From contig JANRMF010000070.1 in the NCBI GenBank assembly GCA_033761815.1, forward strand, positions 1,304-65,303: 64,000 bases of DNA, in the 5' to 3' direction. The translations under genes and the position numbers were made by a program. Within the stretch, counting starts at the first letter, position 1. Each line of letters begins with the position of its first letter. Source of the stretch: Rickettsiaceae bacterium. GTDB lineage: Bacteria > Pseudomonadota > Alphaproteobacteria > Rickettsiales > Rickettsiaceae. Below the pieces are notes generated by a model. The model searched no databases. It was not told where the DNA came from and saw only the letters and a list, made by a program, of their open reading frames with translations. This document shows positions 1 to 9,932 of the stretch, piece after piece.

Positions 1-1398
1 AAAACAGCTCTATTTTCAGGAATAGGCGCTCTAGGAAGGGCGACCTCAGAAGCAAAAGTCATTAGCTTCAGAGAATTATCGATCTTTGACCTACATATGA
101 CTAGAAAAAATATATATAACTCATTAATCCAAAATCTTGGTCCAAAAAATGGCAATTTCGCCTCGGCTTTATTCTTAGGGGAAACGGGCGGTATAGATCA
201 AACCACTTTAAACAATATGAGATATGCAGGAGTTTCGCATATACTATGCGTCTCTGGACTTCATCTTTCATTGGTTGCGTCTCTTTTTTTTCTATTTTCA
301 AGAATTTTGTTAAATTGCTCAGATATAATTGCAAATTATGTTGATATCAAAAAGCTCTCGGCTTTTATTTCCATTGTTGCGAGTTTGATGTATCTTATTC
401 TAACGGGTATGCAGATTGCAGCTTCAAGAGCATTTATCATGGTATTCTGTGTGATGTTTTCGATAATCATATCAAAACAACCATACGCCTTAAGATCCCT
501 TGCTGTGGCATGTGTTTTGATTTTGACTAAAAATCCCGAATATGTGATTTTACCTAGTTTTCAGCTATCATTCATAGCAGTCTTATCCCTTCTTGCTGGT
601 TTTGAATATTATTCACAATATATGAAAAATACAGCCAGAATAGGCGGGATTATGGGTAGTATTAAGTTATATTTTTTCTCAAATATTTACTCCTCTTTTT
701 TAGCAAGTCTCTCAACGGCGCCTATTGTTATGTATCACTTTTATGTATATTCAAACTATTCTCTGGTTGCAAATTTGGTTGCGGTTCCTATTGTTGGCTT
801 CTTAATCATGCCGGCTGGAATTATTTCTGTGTTACTCTCTCCAGTAGGGCTATCCTTTATTCCGTTATATATAATTGATCTCTCGATATGGGTCATAAAA
901 TATACGGTAAATTACGTAGTATCGCTACCTTACTCTGTTATCTATACCGGATATGTTAGCAATTTTGCGATTTGTTTTTTTATGTTTGGGTTTTTTTGTC
1001 TAAGTCTTATCTCTTCAAGGTCTAGGTATATTGGGCTCGTAAGTATCGCTATATTCTGCATTCTTTTTGCAAAGGAGGAGAAGCCAACATTCCTAGTTAA
1101 CAAAAAAATTGGCTTTATAGCAGAAAGAAGGGGGGGGGATAAAATCATTATTTACTCTCATAAAATCTCTCCTTTTGTGAGGAATTTTATAGCAAATTGG
1201 TATGGAGCGAGAGACGCAAAGCTTGTGAAAATCAATCTCAAGAGAAAAATTACACCAGGACTTAATTACCATCAGTCTAACATTACTTTTGATCTTGAGA
1301 CTATGGAGCTAAGTAAAAGTGATACAAGTTACCCCCTTTCGGATTTTTGCGCAGTTTTTGGAGGTGATCATAATATTGCAGTAAGAAATTTGGAATAG
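1..1398 (+). CDS. comEC: ComEC/Rec2-family DNA internalisation channel protein, 5' end outside the window
   Basis: Frame 1 is open from nt 1 into the 97..1398 ORF. It carries the GVSHILCVSGLHLSLVA motif and many hydrophobic helices typical of the ComEC competence domain. Confidence 0.8.
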   Translation, partial: KTALFSGIGALGRATSEAKVISFRELSIFDLHMTRKNIYNSLIQNLGPKNGNFASALFLGETGGIDQTTLNNMRYAGVSHILCVSGLHLSLVASLFFLFSRILLNCSDIIANYVDIKKLSAFISIVASLMYLILTGMQIAASRAFIMVFCVMFSIIISKQPYALRSLAVACVLILTKNPEYVILPSFQLSFIAVLSLLAGFEYYSQYMKNTARIGGIMGSIKLYFFSNIYSSFLASLSTAPIVMYHFYVYSNYSLVANLVAVPIVGFLIMPAGIISVLLSPVGLSFIPLYIIDLSIWVIKYTVNYVVSLPYSVIYTGYVSNFAICFFMFGFFCLSLISSRSRYIGLVSIAIFCILFAKEEKPTFLVNKKIGFIAERRGGDKIIIYSHKISPFVRNFIANWYGARDAKLVKINLKRKITPGLNYHQSNITFDLETMELSKSDTSYPLSDFCAVFGGDHNIAVRNLE

Positions 1399-1584
1399 AT
1401 GCTTACAAAAAATATATTATACTATATCCCAATTATCTTCAGTAGCTTCTCCTTGCATTATATCTGAAACTGAGTTTGTTAATTCGGGTTGATTAGATAC
1501 TAAGTCATTAATTTGAGAAATATCAGCTAAGTCATTATGCTTGGTTGATTCTAATTCAGAGTTGAGTAGAGTTGGCTTTACAAT

Positions 1585-2238
1585 TTAATTATAAAAAATC
1601 TTGATTTCATCAGCTGATCTCAAGATAGAAAAAACATTCTCACAGGGAGATGTGACTCTGTTTTTTAGAAAATTTTCGACAATTGCAGATATATCTTCAT
1701 CAATTTCTTCTTGTGCGGTTTCGGGGTAAATAGCCTGACTCAGAACTTTTATTTCAAGTTGTAAACTAGATAAATCTTCAGCAGCTTCTCCTGGTGTATT
1801 AACTGAGAACTCCAAAATCTCAAAGTCATGATCCCTTTCTTCTTCTTGCTGATCATTCTCTGAAATGGGTGCTAAAGTATTTTCTCTATCAAAAGCTGGA
1901 GTAATTTCTATTTTTACTTCTAAATTTTGCTCCTCTTGTATTTTGTTGCTTATATCATCTTCCTTCCCTAGATCAATCTGAGGAGGGTTTGGAGCCTTTT
2001 CTTCCTCAAGGAGAAAACTAGCAATATGTTGCTCTGGTACTTGAGTCTTGCTTTCTTCCGCTTGATTGGGGATAAAGGGAGATTCAATTTTTAACTCAGT
2101 TTTGCTCTCATTATTCTGTTGAGCGTTATTGCCTTTGTTTTGCTGAATTGGTTGATATGTTTTCTTCTTAAAGATTTTGGCTTTTTTTGGGCATAGATTT
2201 TCCTTCTGTTTATAAATTACGCTTATAAACTTATACAA
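1585..2238 (-). CDS. Acidic orphan protein with no recognisable domain
   Basis: 217-aa ORF, E/D/Q/N-rich, on the same strand as the ankyrin gene and immediately downstream of it. A single TAA separates it from 55 more in-frame sense codons (1420..1584). Confidence 0.45.
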   Translation of the reverse strand: MYKFISVIYKQKENLCPKKAKIFKKKTYQPIQQNKGNNAQQNNESKTELKIESPFIPNQAEESKTQVPEQHIASFLLEEEKAPNPPQIDLGKEDDISNKIQEEQNLEVKIEITPAFDRENTLAPISENDQQEEERDHDFEILEFSVNTPGEAAEDLSSLQLEIKVLSQAIYPETAQEEIDEDISAIVENFLKNRVTSPCENVFSILRSADEIKIFYN

Positions 2239-2276
2239 GAGCGCAAAATTAGTTTCAATAGCTTATCATAAGGGGT

Positions 2277-3263
2277 TTAGGCGCTATCAAAATGAGAATC
2301 CGGGAATGCTCCTGCGCCACCTATATCCATTTCATCATCACTATCTCCTGAGTCATCATCAGACTCGGTATCCTCGAGCTCTCCTCCGCGCAGGTCCTCA
2401 AGACCTTCTTCCTCCCCTTCGGAATCCTCAGCTGCTACTTCCTCTTCGTCTTCATAATCATCATCCCCTTCTTCGCTTTCTTCTTCATCATGGAGCATAG
2501 GCTCTCCTATATCGTCATAAATAATGTCTCCAGTATCATCGTAAACTATATTTCCACACATATCTCTCAGAGGCCTTGATTCTGCGGCCTGGGCTCTTGG
2601 TTCAAACCTCTCAAGCAAAGCCTGCTCTAATTCAATTTTTTGCTCCTGAGAGAGTCTATTATCCTCGTGTAAAATTAGGCTATATAATTCATCCTTATCA
2701 TTTTGCGTGATTTCGTCTCTTCGGTAAAATTTTGATATTAATTTCCCATGTTCTGTGCTGTAGAAATGCAATATATCCACAAGTACATCTTTATATTGCT
2801 CTGGAATGTAGTGAAGCGGAGTTAGGCCGTTATTGTCAGCAACATCCATTCTTGCGCCAAAAACAAGTAGTTGTTCGAGTGTATTCAAATTACCAAATCT
2901 TGCAGCGTGAGCTGAAGCGGTCATTCCTGCGTAATCTTGAGAATTAATGATTGCCCTATCTTTGTGAAGTAAGGGGACAACAAATTCTGACATTCCTCTG
3001 CTCGAGGCCAGCATTAATGGGGTGATTCCTAGGTAATTTTTTAATGTATAATCCGCTCCTTTATTTAATAAAAAATTAGCAGCTTGTTTGCAATTATTAG
3101 CTATTGCGACGTTTAAGGGGCCATTTCCATTTTGGTCAACTGCATTTTTTAACCAAGGATATGAAGTTATCATATCGGCAATTTGATGTATATGTTCAAC
3201 TGCTATGCAGGCATGAAATGCATTTATTAGGGGGTTATTTTGGGTATTTTGAATTTGGTCCAT
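2277..3263 (-). CDS. Ankyrin-repeat protein with a long poly-Asp/Glu C-terminal tail
   Basis: Repeated ankyrin signatures (NGNGPLNVAI, LGITPLMLASSRG, GMTASAHAARFGN, NGLTPLHYI), followed by about 100 aa that are extremely rich in D/E. Confidence 0.8.
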   Translation of the reverse strand: MDQIQNTQNNPLINAFHACIAVEHIHQIADMITSYPWLKNAVDQNGNGPLNVAIANNCKQAANFLLNKGADYTLKNYLGITPLMLASSRGMSEFVVPLLHKDRAIINSQDYAGMTASAHAARFGNLNTLEQLLVFGARMDVADNNGLTPLHYIPEQYKDVLVDILHFYSTEHGKLISKFYRRDEITQNDKDELYSLILHEDNRLSQEQKIELEQALLERFEPRAQAAESRPLRDMCGNIVYDDTGDIIYDDIGEPMLHDEEESEEGDDDYEDEEEVAAEDSEGEEEGLEDLRGGELEDTESDDDSGDSDDEMDIGGAGAFPDSHFDSA

Positions 3264-3400
3264 GGGAGACTCTCTGATGGGGTTAATAATGCTCTATAAA
3301 AAAGTAACTTATAGATGAGAATCTCTCCAAATATATCAACCAGGATAATATATATAACTCAACCCCAGTTGCAAAATAGCAACAATTTGTCTGGCCTGGA

Positions 3401-4363
3401 TCAGTTTTGGTCGTCCGGCTTTAGCCCGAGTCTGATTAGATCATGTATATGGATGATCCCAGTTAGTTTATTTTCATCTACTACAAATAATGAAGTGACT
3501 TTATGATTATTCATAATGTTTAGTGCGTCAATTGCTGTTGCACTTTGGCCTATTAAGATGGGGCTAGGTGTCATTATCGTTTTTGCTGGGTCACTAAGCA
3601 TCGTAGGGGACATATTTCGCCTTAGATCACCATCTGTAATGATCCCGATTACATTATCATTTTCAATAACTGCTGTGCATCCAAAGCCTTTACTTGTCAT
3701 TTCTAATATTGCATCACTAACTTTACAATTTGGAGAAACGATAGGTATTTTTGACCCAGCATGCATTATTGTTGAAACTTTTGCAAGGCTTGCACCAAGT
3801 TGTCCTCCGGGATGAAAAATTGCAAACTCATCCCTTGAAAACCCTTTGGACTCATGAACTGAGACAACCAGTGCATCACCTAGAGCTATCATCATTGTAG
3901 TTGAGGTTGTCGGCGCGTTTACACTAGATGCTTCCTGAATTTTTGGTAGATTGAGAAGATAAGTGGACGAATTTGCAAGAAGAGATGATTCTGACATTGT
4001 CATACCTATAATGGGTATATTAATTTTTTTGCAATATTCTATGATGTCTATCAGCTCTTTTGTCTGACCGGAATTAGATAAAAGAAGAACAATATCCCCC
4101 TCGCCAATCATTCCTAAGTCTCCGTGACTTGCTTCTGCCGGGTGAACATAAAAAGATCTTGTACCAGTTGATGCAAAACTTGCGGAAATTTTTTGACCAA
4201 TATACCCACTTTTTCCTATTCCCGACACAATTAATCTACCAGGAATTGCTGCTATTGCATTCGCAGCCTTGCCAAAATCATTTGGCATATTTTTCTGCAG
4301 CATCATAAGACCTTCTATTTCTTTATCAATCACCTCGGATGCAACTTTGTTGAATTTTTCCAT
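3401..4363 (-). CDS. kpsF: Arabinose-5-phosphate isomerase KpsF/GutQ (SIS domain plus tandem CBS)
   Basis: SIS motifs GIGKSGYIG and SNSGQTKE. The C-terminal CBS pair contains GIITDGDLRR and GIIHIHDLIR. Confidence 0.85.
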   Translation of the reverse strand: MEKFNKVASEVIDKEIEGLMMLQKNMPNDFGKAANAIAAIPGRLIVSGIGKSGYIGQKISASFASTGTRSFYVHPAEASHGDLGMIGEGDIVLLLSNSGQTKELIDIIEYCKKINIPIIGMTMSESSLLANSSTYLLNLPKIQEASSVNAPTTSTTMMIALGDALVVSVHESKGFSRDEFAIFHPGGQLGASLAKVSTIMHAGSKIPIVSPNCKVSDAILEMTSKGFGCTAVIENDNVIGIITDGDLRRNMSPTMLSDPAKTIMTPSPILIGQSATAIDALNIMNNHKVTSLFVVDENKLTGIIHIHDLIRLGLKPDDQN

Positions 4364-4538
4364 ATTTTTTACTTATATCTTCTGTGAGTTTTAGGCTATA
4401 ATTGTGGTGATATTATATAGGATTTTAAAAAAGGCAAGGTGAAGATTTAGCCCAAAAAGTTTTAGGCAGATTTTTATAGTTGTGGAATATAGTAATTAAA
4501 TATATAATGAGCAAAAATTTTTTCACAGGAGCAATAAA

Positions 4539-5084
4539 ATGAAAAATTATTTTTATAAGGTCATATCTTTTTGTGCAATTATTGGGCTACTATCAGGGTG
4601 CGCAAGAGATTTATCCCATTCAACATATACAAGCAATTCAACAATTAATATAGTTCTACCTGGTAAGGTATTAACTAAGCGTGAAGTAAAGATAGTGGAG
4701 CATGATAGGCTTGCTGATAACTCTACGGGTGCTGTTGCAGGGGCTTTAGCAGGAGGAGCAGCAGCATCAGGAGGGAAGGGTGCAAAGGCTGGGCCTATAG
4801 TTGGAGCCGCAATTGCTGGCGGTATCGCAGGTAGCCTTATCGAAGGAAAGCTTGGAACTGCAAAAGGGGTTGAGTATGTCGTTAAAGTTGATACTTCAAA
4901 ATTGAAAGATGAATATTTTGATGGGTCTGCATTAATGAGAAAGTCATTAGCTGCGGCAAAAGCATCAGGAATTGTGACCGTAGTACAAAGCGTGAGCAAA
5001 AAAGAAGCCCCAATTTCTGAAGGTCAAAACGTACTACTTATCATTTCTGAAGAAAGAGTCAGAATTGTGCCAGATAGTCTATAA
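4539..5084 (+). CDS. Glycine-zipper outer-membrane lipoprotein (17-kDa-antigen/Pcp-like)
   Basis: Lipobox LLSGC after a signal peptide. Gly/Ala zipper GAVAGALAGGAAASGG...GAAIAGGIAGS. Confidence 0.6.
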   Translation: MKNYFYKVISFCAIIGLLSGCARDLSHSTYTSNSTINIVLPGKVLTKREVKIVEHDRLADNSTGAVAGALAGGAAASGGKGAKAGPIVGAAIAGGIAGSLIEGKLGTAKGVEYVVKVDTSKLKDEYFDGSALMRKSLAAAKASGIVTVVQSVSKKEAPISEGQNVLLIISEERVRIVPDSL

Positions 5085-5103
5085 TTTATAGGTAGCTTAA
5101 ATT

Positions 5104-5859
5104 ATGAAGAGATTTTGCTTATCAATAGCTTTTATATGCTTAAATATTATCCTAACTTCATGCTCACATACTACAATAAGAAGTAGCGCTGGGTTTGAAG
5201 CTTCTTTAAACCAGTCTAAGAGGGCGGTAATTCTTCCGCCTATTGTTGAGGTGAAAAAATTCAATCTCGGAAGTAGCGAGAGGGTTTATGGTTATGAGGG
5301 TCATTTAGAGGCGATATTAGTAGAAGAGCTAGCAAAATCTCTTGAAGAAAAAGGCTATAAGACATACATTCTCTCTAGAAGAGAGATGCATAATGCAAAA
5401 ATTACTGGCCAAATGAACATGATGGAGGAGTCATATATTTCCGAAATACAAAAGATCTATAAATCAGATCTTTTAGATTCCAAAATTGCTCATGCAACTG
5501 AGATGAATCTGGAAAATCCATTTGCGAAATCCCCATTTTTTATGGGCGGCGATATTTTAGTATATCCTGAATATTATTTTTGGTACCGCTCTTCTGCTTC
5601 AAATACCCTTGCTTTCGCTGCGCGCATTATTGGTCGATCTACAAATTATAATCCAGAAACAGACTGGTCTGAAAAATATGTACTGAGAGTTTCACTGATT
5701 GACCCAGTCAAATGTAATCTATTATGGTCAAATTTTGCAAGATCTTATTCTGATGCGATTGATAGTGCTCTTACCTCCAAAAAATCAAATACTCAAGTTG
5801 ATACTAAGAGAATTAAGGCTCTTAGCAAATACCTTTTCAAGGAATTGCCTGCGAGGTAA
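5104..5859 (+). CDS. Putative lipoprotein of unknown function
   Basis: Signal peptide with lipobox ILTSC. Lies 20 nt downstream of the preceding lipoprotein gene. Confidence 0.5.
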   Translation: MKRFCLSIAFICLNIILTSCSHTTIRSSAGFEASLNQSKRAVILPPIVEVKKFNLGSSERVYGYEGHLEAILVEELAKSLEEKGYKTYILSRREMHNAKITGQMNMMEESYISEIQKIYKSDLLDSKIAHATEMNLENPFAKSPFFMGGDILVYPEYYFWYRSSASNTLAFAARIIGRSTNYNPETDWSEKYVLRVSLIDPVKCNLLWSNFARSYSDAIDSALTSKKSNTQVDTKRIKALSKYLFKELPAR

Positions 5860-6003
5860 ATATAGATAATTCAAAAAAACAAGTTTCAAACGTTTTTTTT
5901 GAACACTATTTGGTTGCAAGTATATAAAAGTTACTCTATATTACCACTGAGTTTTACGATAACTTCTTATACCATTTCAGGGTATTTTGATTTAAGAGAA
6001 TAT

Positions 6004-6080
6004 GGCGGGTGTAGCTCAGTTGGTAGAGCATCAGTTTGTGGCACTGAGGGTCACCGGTTCGAGACCGGTCATTCGCCCCA
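6004..6080 (+). tRNA. tRNA-His (anticodon GTG) with encoded G-1 and CCA
   Basis: Hand-folded cloverleaf: G-1, acceptor GCGGGTG/CATTCGC, D arm GCTC-AGTTGGTA-GAGC, anticodon arm TCAGT-TTGTGGC-ACTGA, T arm ACCGG-TTCGAGA-CCGGT, discriminator C, then CCA. Confidence 0.9.
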
Positions 6081-6133
6081 TATAATCTCAAATTTCCAGA
6101 TTATTCAGTGTGCTTTTTTGCGCCGAGGCTTTT

Positions 6134-7075
6134 CTAATATTCCAGCATTTTTGTTAGAGAACGAAGAGCAAGGCTTGCTACGTTATTTTCTACAGTAACT
6201 TCTGGCCCTTTATTTTTCATGCATAAATATAATTTTTCCAAATTATTGAGCTTCATATATGGGCATTCAGAGCATTTAACGCAAGAACCTTGCCCCAGGG
6301 ATGGAACGTCATAAAATCTGGAATTAGGTGCAAGTTTTTTCATTTGATGAATAATCCCAGGTTCCGTGAGAATGATAAATTCAAGCCCATCATTATCTCC
6401 TGTATATTTAAGCAGAGAGGAGGTAGAGCCGATATGATCCGCATATTGAAGTAAATCTTCCGGACATTCTGGGTGCGCTATGATTCTAGCTTTAGGGTAA
6501 GTTGTTTTAATTTTAATCAGCTCCCTCTGGCTAAAATTTTCATGAACTACGCAAGTTCCCGGCCACATAACCATTTTTCTTCCAGTTCTTTTCATCAAAA
6601 AATTACCAAGATGTTTATCAGGCCCAAATATAATAGGCTGTGATTCTGGTATAGAGTTTATAATTTTCTCAGCATTTGATGAAGTCACGATTATGTCAGA
6701 TAGGGCCTTAACATCTGCAGAGCAGTTTATATAGCTTATGACTACATGACCTGGATGTTTTTTGCAAAATTCATCGAATCTGTCAGCAGGACATGATGAT
6801 TCCAGAGAGCATCCCGCTTCAAGATCAGGGATAATGACCTTTTTGCCCGGGTTTAAAATATAAGCACTTTCTGCCATAAATTTTACCCCGCAAAAAATAA
6901 TATAATCAGCATCTGTTTGTGAAGCTTTTCTGGAAAGTTCTAAAGAGTCTCCTACAAAATCTGCTACATCCTGTATCTCAGAATCTTGATAATAGTGAGC
7001 CAAAATGACAGCATTCATTTTCTTTTTTAATTTTGCAATTTCAGACTCTAAATTCGTATGATCCTTGATCTTCAC
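6134..7075 (-). CDS. nadA: Quinolinate synthase NadA
   Basis: ILAHYYQ...IQDVADFVGDSL N-terminus, the three-domain repeat pattern, and conserved Cys residues (CVVHE, CSECPYM). Confidence 0.85.
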   Translation of the reverse strand: MKIKDHTNLESEIAKLKKKMNAVILAHYYQDSEIQDVADFVGDSLELSRKASQTDADYIIFCGVKFMAESAYILNPGKKVIIPDLEAGCSLESSCPADRFDEFCKKHPGHVVISYINCSADVKALSDIIVTSSNAEKIINSIPESQPIIFGPDKHLGNFLMKRTGRKMVMWPGTCVVHENFSQRELIKIKTTYPKARIIAHPECPEDLLQYADHIGSTSSLLKYTGDNDGLEFIILTEPGIIHQMKKLAPNSRFYDVPSLGQGSCVKCSECPYMKLNNLEKLYLCMKNKGPEVTVENNVASLALRSLTKMLEY

Positions 7076-7076
7076 T

Positions 7077-7841
7077 TTACACCTTCAGTCTCATTCTTTT
7101 TGCGATTTCTTTATATATTTCTATGGGATTTTTGTGCTTCAAAATAGTTTCTAAATCGAACTTTTGATTACTATCCAAATCCCATAATTTGCAGCTTTCT
7201 GGGGTAATTTCATCCCCTAGCATAAAAATAAAATCTTCGCCGTTAAATACTCTTCCAAACTCTAGGTTACACTCAATAAGCCTAAGACCTATGCCAGCAA
7301 AATAGCCTGAGAGAAAATCATTAACCCGAATGGCCATTTTTTTCATTTCCTTCACTTCTTGATCAATCGCCCAATTAAACCCGCAAATTTGATTCTCATT
7401 AATGGAAGGATAAAGTGAGGATTTATTTTTCACGCGAAAGTCAATCATTGGAGCGTCAAAAACATACCCACTCTGAACTCCAAAATGCGAAACATAGTGA
7501 TCAGTCGCAACATTACTCACCCTAACTTGCACAGGCACAATATCCAGAATTTGCACGAGTTGCTCTCTCATATTAGCGCGCTCTAGGAAGTGGTGGTCTA
7601 TCCCTACCATATCAATTTTTTCCATCATAAAGCTTGAGATGGAATTATTAATCACGCCTTTTCCAGAGATGGTTGTGACTTCATCACCCCTTCTGATGTC
7701 GTCCTTAAAGAACAAGACCAAAGTGCTTTCCTCGTCTCCAAGCTGAAAAACATCCTTACACCCACCCTCATAAATTTTTTGCTTATTTTGCTTATGAAGC
7801 GAACTAACTATTGCCATATATCTCCTGTGCCCTTTTTTCAA
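7077..7841 (-). CDS. purC: Phosphoribosylaminoimidazole-succinocarboxamide (SAICAR) synthase PurC
   Basis: IYEGGCKDVF N-terminal motif and LIECNLEFG core. The true start is probably the internal MAIVSS at 7817. Confidence 0.8.
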   Translation of the reverse strand: MKKGHRRYMAIVSSLHKQNKQKIYEGGCKDVFQLGDEESTLVLFFKDDIRRGDEVTTISGKGVINNSISSFMMEKIDMVGIDHHFLERANMREQLVQILDIVPVQVRVSNVATDHYVSHFGVQSGYVFDAPMIDFRVKNKSSLYPSINENQICGFNWAIDQEVKEMKKMAIRVNDFLSGYFAGIGLRLIECNLEFGRVFNGEDFIFMLGDEITPESCKLWDLDSNQKFDLETILKHKNPIEIYKEIAKRMRLKV

Positions 7842-8253
7842 AGGCGTTTATCATTAAATCTGCCGCACTATCAAGTACGGTACTTAGCATATTTTCGAGA
7901 AAGCTACTTTTAAGAGCAAGCTCCATATTATAGTTTACTACCGAAGAAAATTTACCATCTTTTTTAAAAGCCCAGTCTGTGTTTAGCTTTTCAAAAGGGC
8001 CTTGTGTTTGCACAATATGCACAAAGTACTCCTCATCAGATAAAACACCATGATCTATTTTTGAAGTATAAGATTTTGCAAATAAACCATATCTAACGCT
8101 AAGCTCTGCATATATAGTCTGATCTTCCTTGCTTAAAACTTTACAAGACTCGCACCATGGAACAAATTCTGGATATTTTTCTACATCAAGAACAAGGGAA
8201 TAGAGCTGATAAGCGGTAAAATCTAAATTACGGGAATCTGAAAAACTAAGCAT
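7804..8253 (-). CDS. SRPBCC/START-fold protein of the RatA / COQ10 family
   Basis: 149 aa. YPEFVPWC motif near the N-terminus. Its start overlaps the lipA stop, which is the usual alphaproteobacterial lipA neighbour arrangement. Confidence 0.7.
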   Translation of the reverse strand: MLSFSDSRNLDFTAYQLYSLVLDVEKYPEFVPWCESCKVLSKEDQTIYAELSVRYGLFAKSYTSKIDHGVLSDEEYFVHIVQTQGPFEKLNTDWAFKKDGKFSSVVNYNMELALKSSFLENMLSTVLDSAADLMINAFEKRAQEIYGNS

Positions 8254-9164
8254 TATAACCCGTCCGCATTCACATGCTCCATGCGCGCCATTTTCATTTT
8301 TGCAAAATCTTCTCCTGCATGATAAGAAGATCTTGTAAGAGGGCTGCTAGATACCATCAAAAAACCCTTCGCATAAGCAATTCTTCCAAAAAACTCAAAC
8401 TCTTCAGGAGTTACAAATCTTGCAACCTTGGCATGAGAAGGTGTGGGCTGAAGATACTGACCAATAGTAATAAAATCTACCTCAGCTGCTCTTAAATCCT
8501 CCATTACTTGCACTACTTCCTCTTTAGTCTCGCCAAGTCCAACCATTATCCCAGATTTAGTAAACATGGTAGGGTCAATCTTCTTGACCTTATGAAGCAA
8601 ATGAAGAGAGTTATAGTATCTTGCGCCTGGTCTTATTTCTTTATACAAAGAAGGAACGGTTTCTATGTTGTGGTTGTAAACATCGGGCCTAGCCTCTACA
8701 ATAATCTCAGCTGCACCTTCTTTTTTAAGAAAATCGGGGGTTAGAACTTCAATAGTTGTGCTCGGTGCTTTTGCCCTAATTTTACTGATACATTCAGCAA
8801 AATGAGTAGCTCCCCCATCTTCTAGATCATCCCTATCTACAGAGGTGATAACCACATGAGAAAGACCCAGCTTAGAAATTGCTTCAGCAAGCCTCTCTGG
8901 CTCATGCGGGTCTAGCAAATCAGGTATACCTGTTTTTATATTACAAAAAGCGCAGGATCTTGTGCATGTTGAGCCAAGTATCATAACAGTAACATGACCC
9001 TTACTCCAGCATTCTCCTATATTGGGGCAAGCTGCTTCCTGACATACAGTATTCAGACTTAATCCTGATATCAGATTTTTGGCAGATTCATATCCTTTAG
9101 AATTGGGAGCCTTAACCCTTATCCAGCTTGGTTTTGTTTTGGAATCTTGTTTAGTTGTGCTCAT
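8253..9164 (-). CDS. lipA: Lipoyl synthase
   Basis: Auxiliary cluster [12 protein letters not shown] and radical-SAM CTRSCAFC motif. Confidence 0.9.
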   Translation of the reverse strand: MSTTKQDSKTKPSWIRVKAPNSKGYESAKNLISGLSLNTVCQEAACPNIGECWSKGHVTVMILGSTCTRSCAFCNIKTGIPDLLDPHEPERLAEAISKLGLSHVVITSVDRDDLEDGGATHFAECISKIRAKAPSTTIEVLTPDFLKKEGAAEIIVEARPDVYNHNIETVPSLYKEIRPGARYYNSLHLLHKVKKIDPTMFTKSGIMVGLGETKEEVVQVMEDLRAAEVDFITIGQYLQPTPSHAKVARFVTPEEFEFFGRIAYAKGFLMVSSSPLTRSSYHAGEDFAKMKMARMEHVNADGL

Positions 9165-9173
9165 TATTTAATA

Positions 9174-9800
9174 TCAAGATGGCCTTTCAATATTGGATAA
9201 GAACCAATTAGAGCCAGTTTGGTTAAAATTTCTGATAAAGGTCCATTCTTCTTGTCCTGCGATATCAGCTACTATTATTAATTTGATTAATATACTATTT
9301 CCAAAGAATGTGATATCAGAAAATTTCATATTAGGTAAAAAATTTAGATTTAAGTGCAAATAACTCTCTCTCATATCTTTTATGTGCTCAATAAATCTTG
9401 AGTCAACAAGGGCCTCAATCGCTTCTGCATCTTTATTTTGCAATGCTGTGATAATCATTTTCCAAGCTTTAGCAGCATTCTTAAGGAAAGATTCTGGGGT
9501 AAATTTCTCAATTTTTTCCATAATTTCTTCGAGCCCTTGAACTAGATCCTCATTTTCGGGGTGAGCAAGCAAATCCCTATTAATTTCTTTATTTTTTTGC
9601 GGCTTAAAGAAATCTGGGATAAAGGCATTTTGAGTCCAGTCACTACCAGACTTAGTAACATCTTTCATTCCAGAATTTTTGCCGTATTTATTTTGAGCTG
9701 GTCTATCTTCATCTGTAGACCCCAAAATAGCAATAAGCTTATTTATGATGAAAAAAGCAATTGCTGCAAAAAAAAGAAGTTCAATTATCTGTGGAGACAT
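9174..9800 (-). CDS. Tim44-like domain membrane protein
   Basis: N-terminal TM helix (LLFFAAIAFFIINKLIAILG) followed by a roughly 140-aa C-terminal domain. The architecture matches alphaproteobacterial Tim44 homologues. Confidence 0.55.
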   Translation of the reverse strand: MSPQIIELLFFAAIAFFIINKLIAILGSTDEDRPAQNKYGKNSGMKDVTKSGSDWTQNAFIPDFFKPQKNKEINRDLLAHPENEDLVQGLEEIMEKIEKFTPESFLKNAAKAWKMIITALQNKDAEAIEALVDSRFIEHIKDMRESYLHLNLNFLPNMKFSDITFFGNSILIKLIIVADIAGQEEWTFIRNFNQTGSNWFLSNIERPS

Positions 9801-9932
9801 ATATTTACTAACTGTTACTTATTATCATATTAAACTATTTTCTGTAAGCTTCAAAGAATATTATACCTTATATATATAAATTATTTTCATCAGAACTCTT
9901 AGTGCTGCAAAAAAATCCTGTATATAGATTTC

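Noticed and set aside
2306-2500. 64-aa plus-strand ORF (His/Leu/Pro-rich) inside the ankyrin gene tail.
   Set aside because: It is the antisense of poly-Asp/Glu codons, a compositional artefact.
4553-4999. 148-aa antisense ORF opposite the glycine-zipper lipoprotein gene.
   Set aside because: It is an Ala/Pro-rich mirror image of Gly/Ala codons. The sense ORF has a signal peptide, a lipobox and an RBS.
5955-5980. Mini-palindrome TTA-TACCATTTCAGGGTA-TTT just upstream of tRNA-His, reminiscent of the TACCA...TGGTA MITE ends (a possible excision footprint).
   Set aside because: Only about 15 bp with 4-bp arms. That is too short to distinguish from chance in AT-rich DNA.
5899-6198. 99-aa ORF spanning the tRNA-His gene. 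ORFs at 57577-57927 span tRNA-Ala in the same way.
   Set aside because: Their conserved-looking cores are the tRNA sequences themselves, so they are spurious as coding regions.
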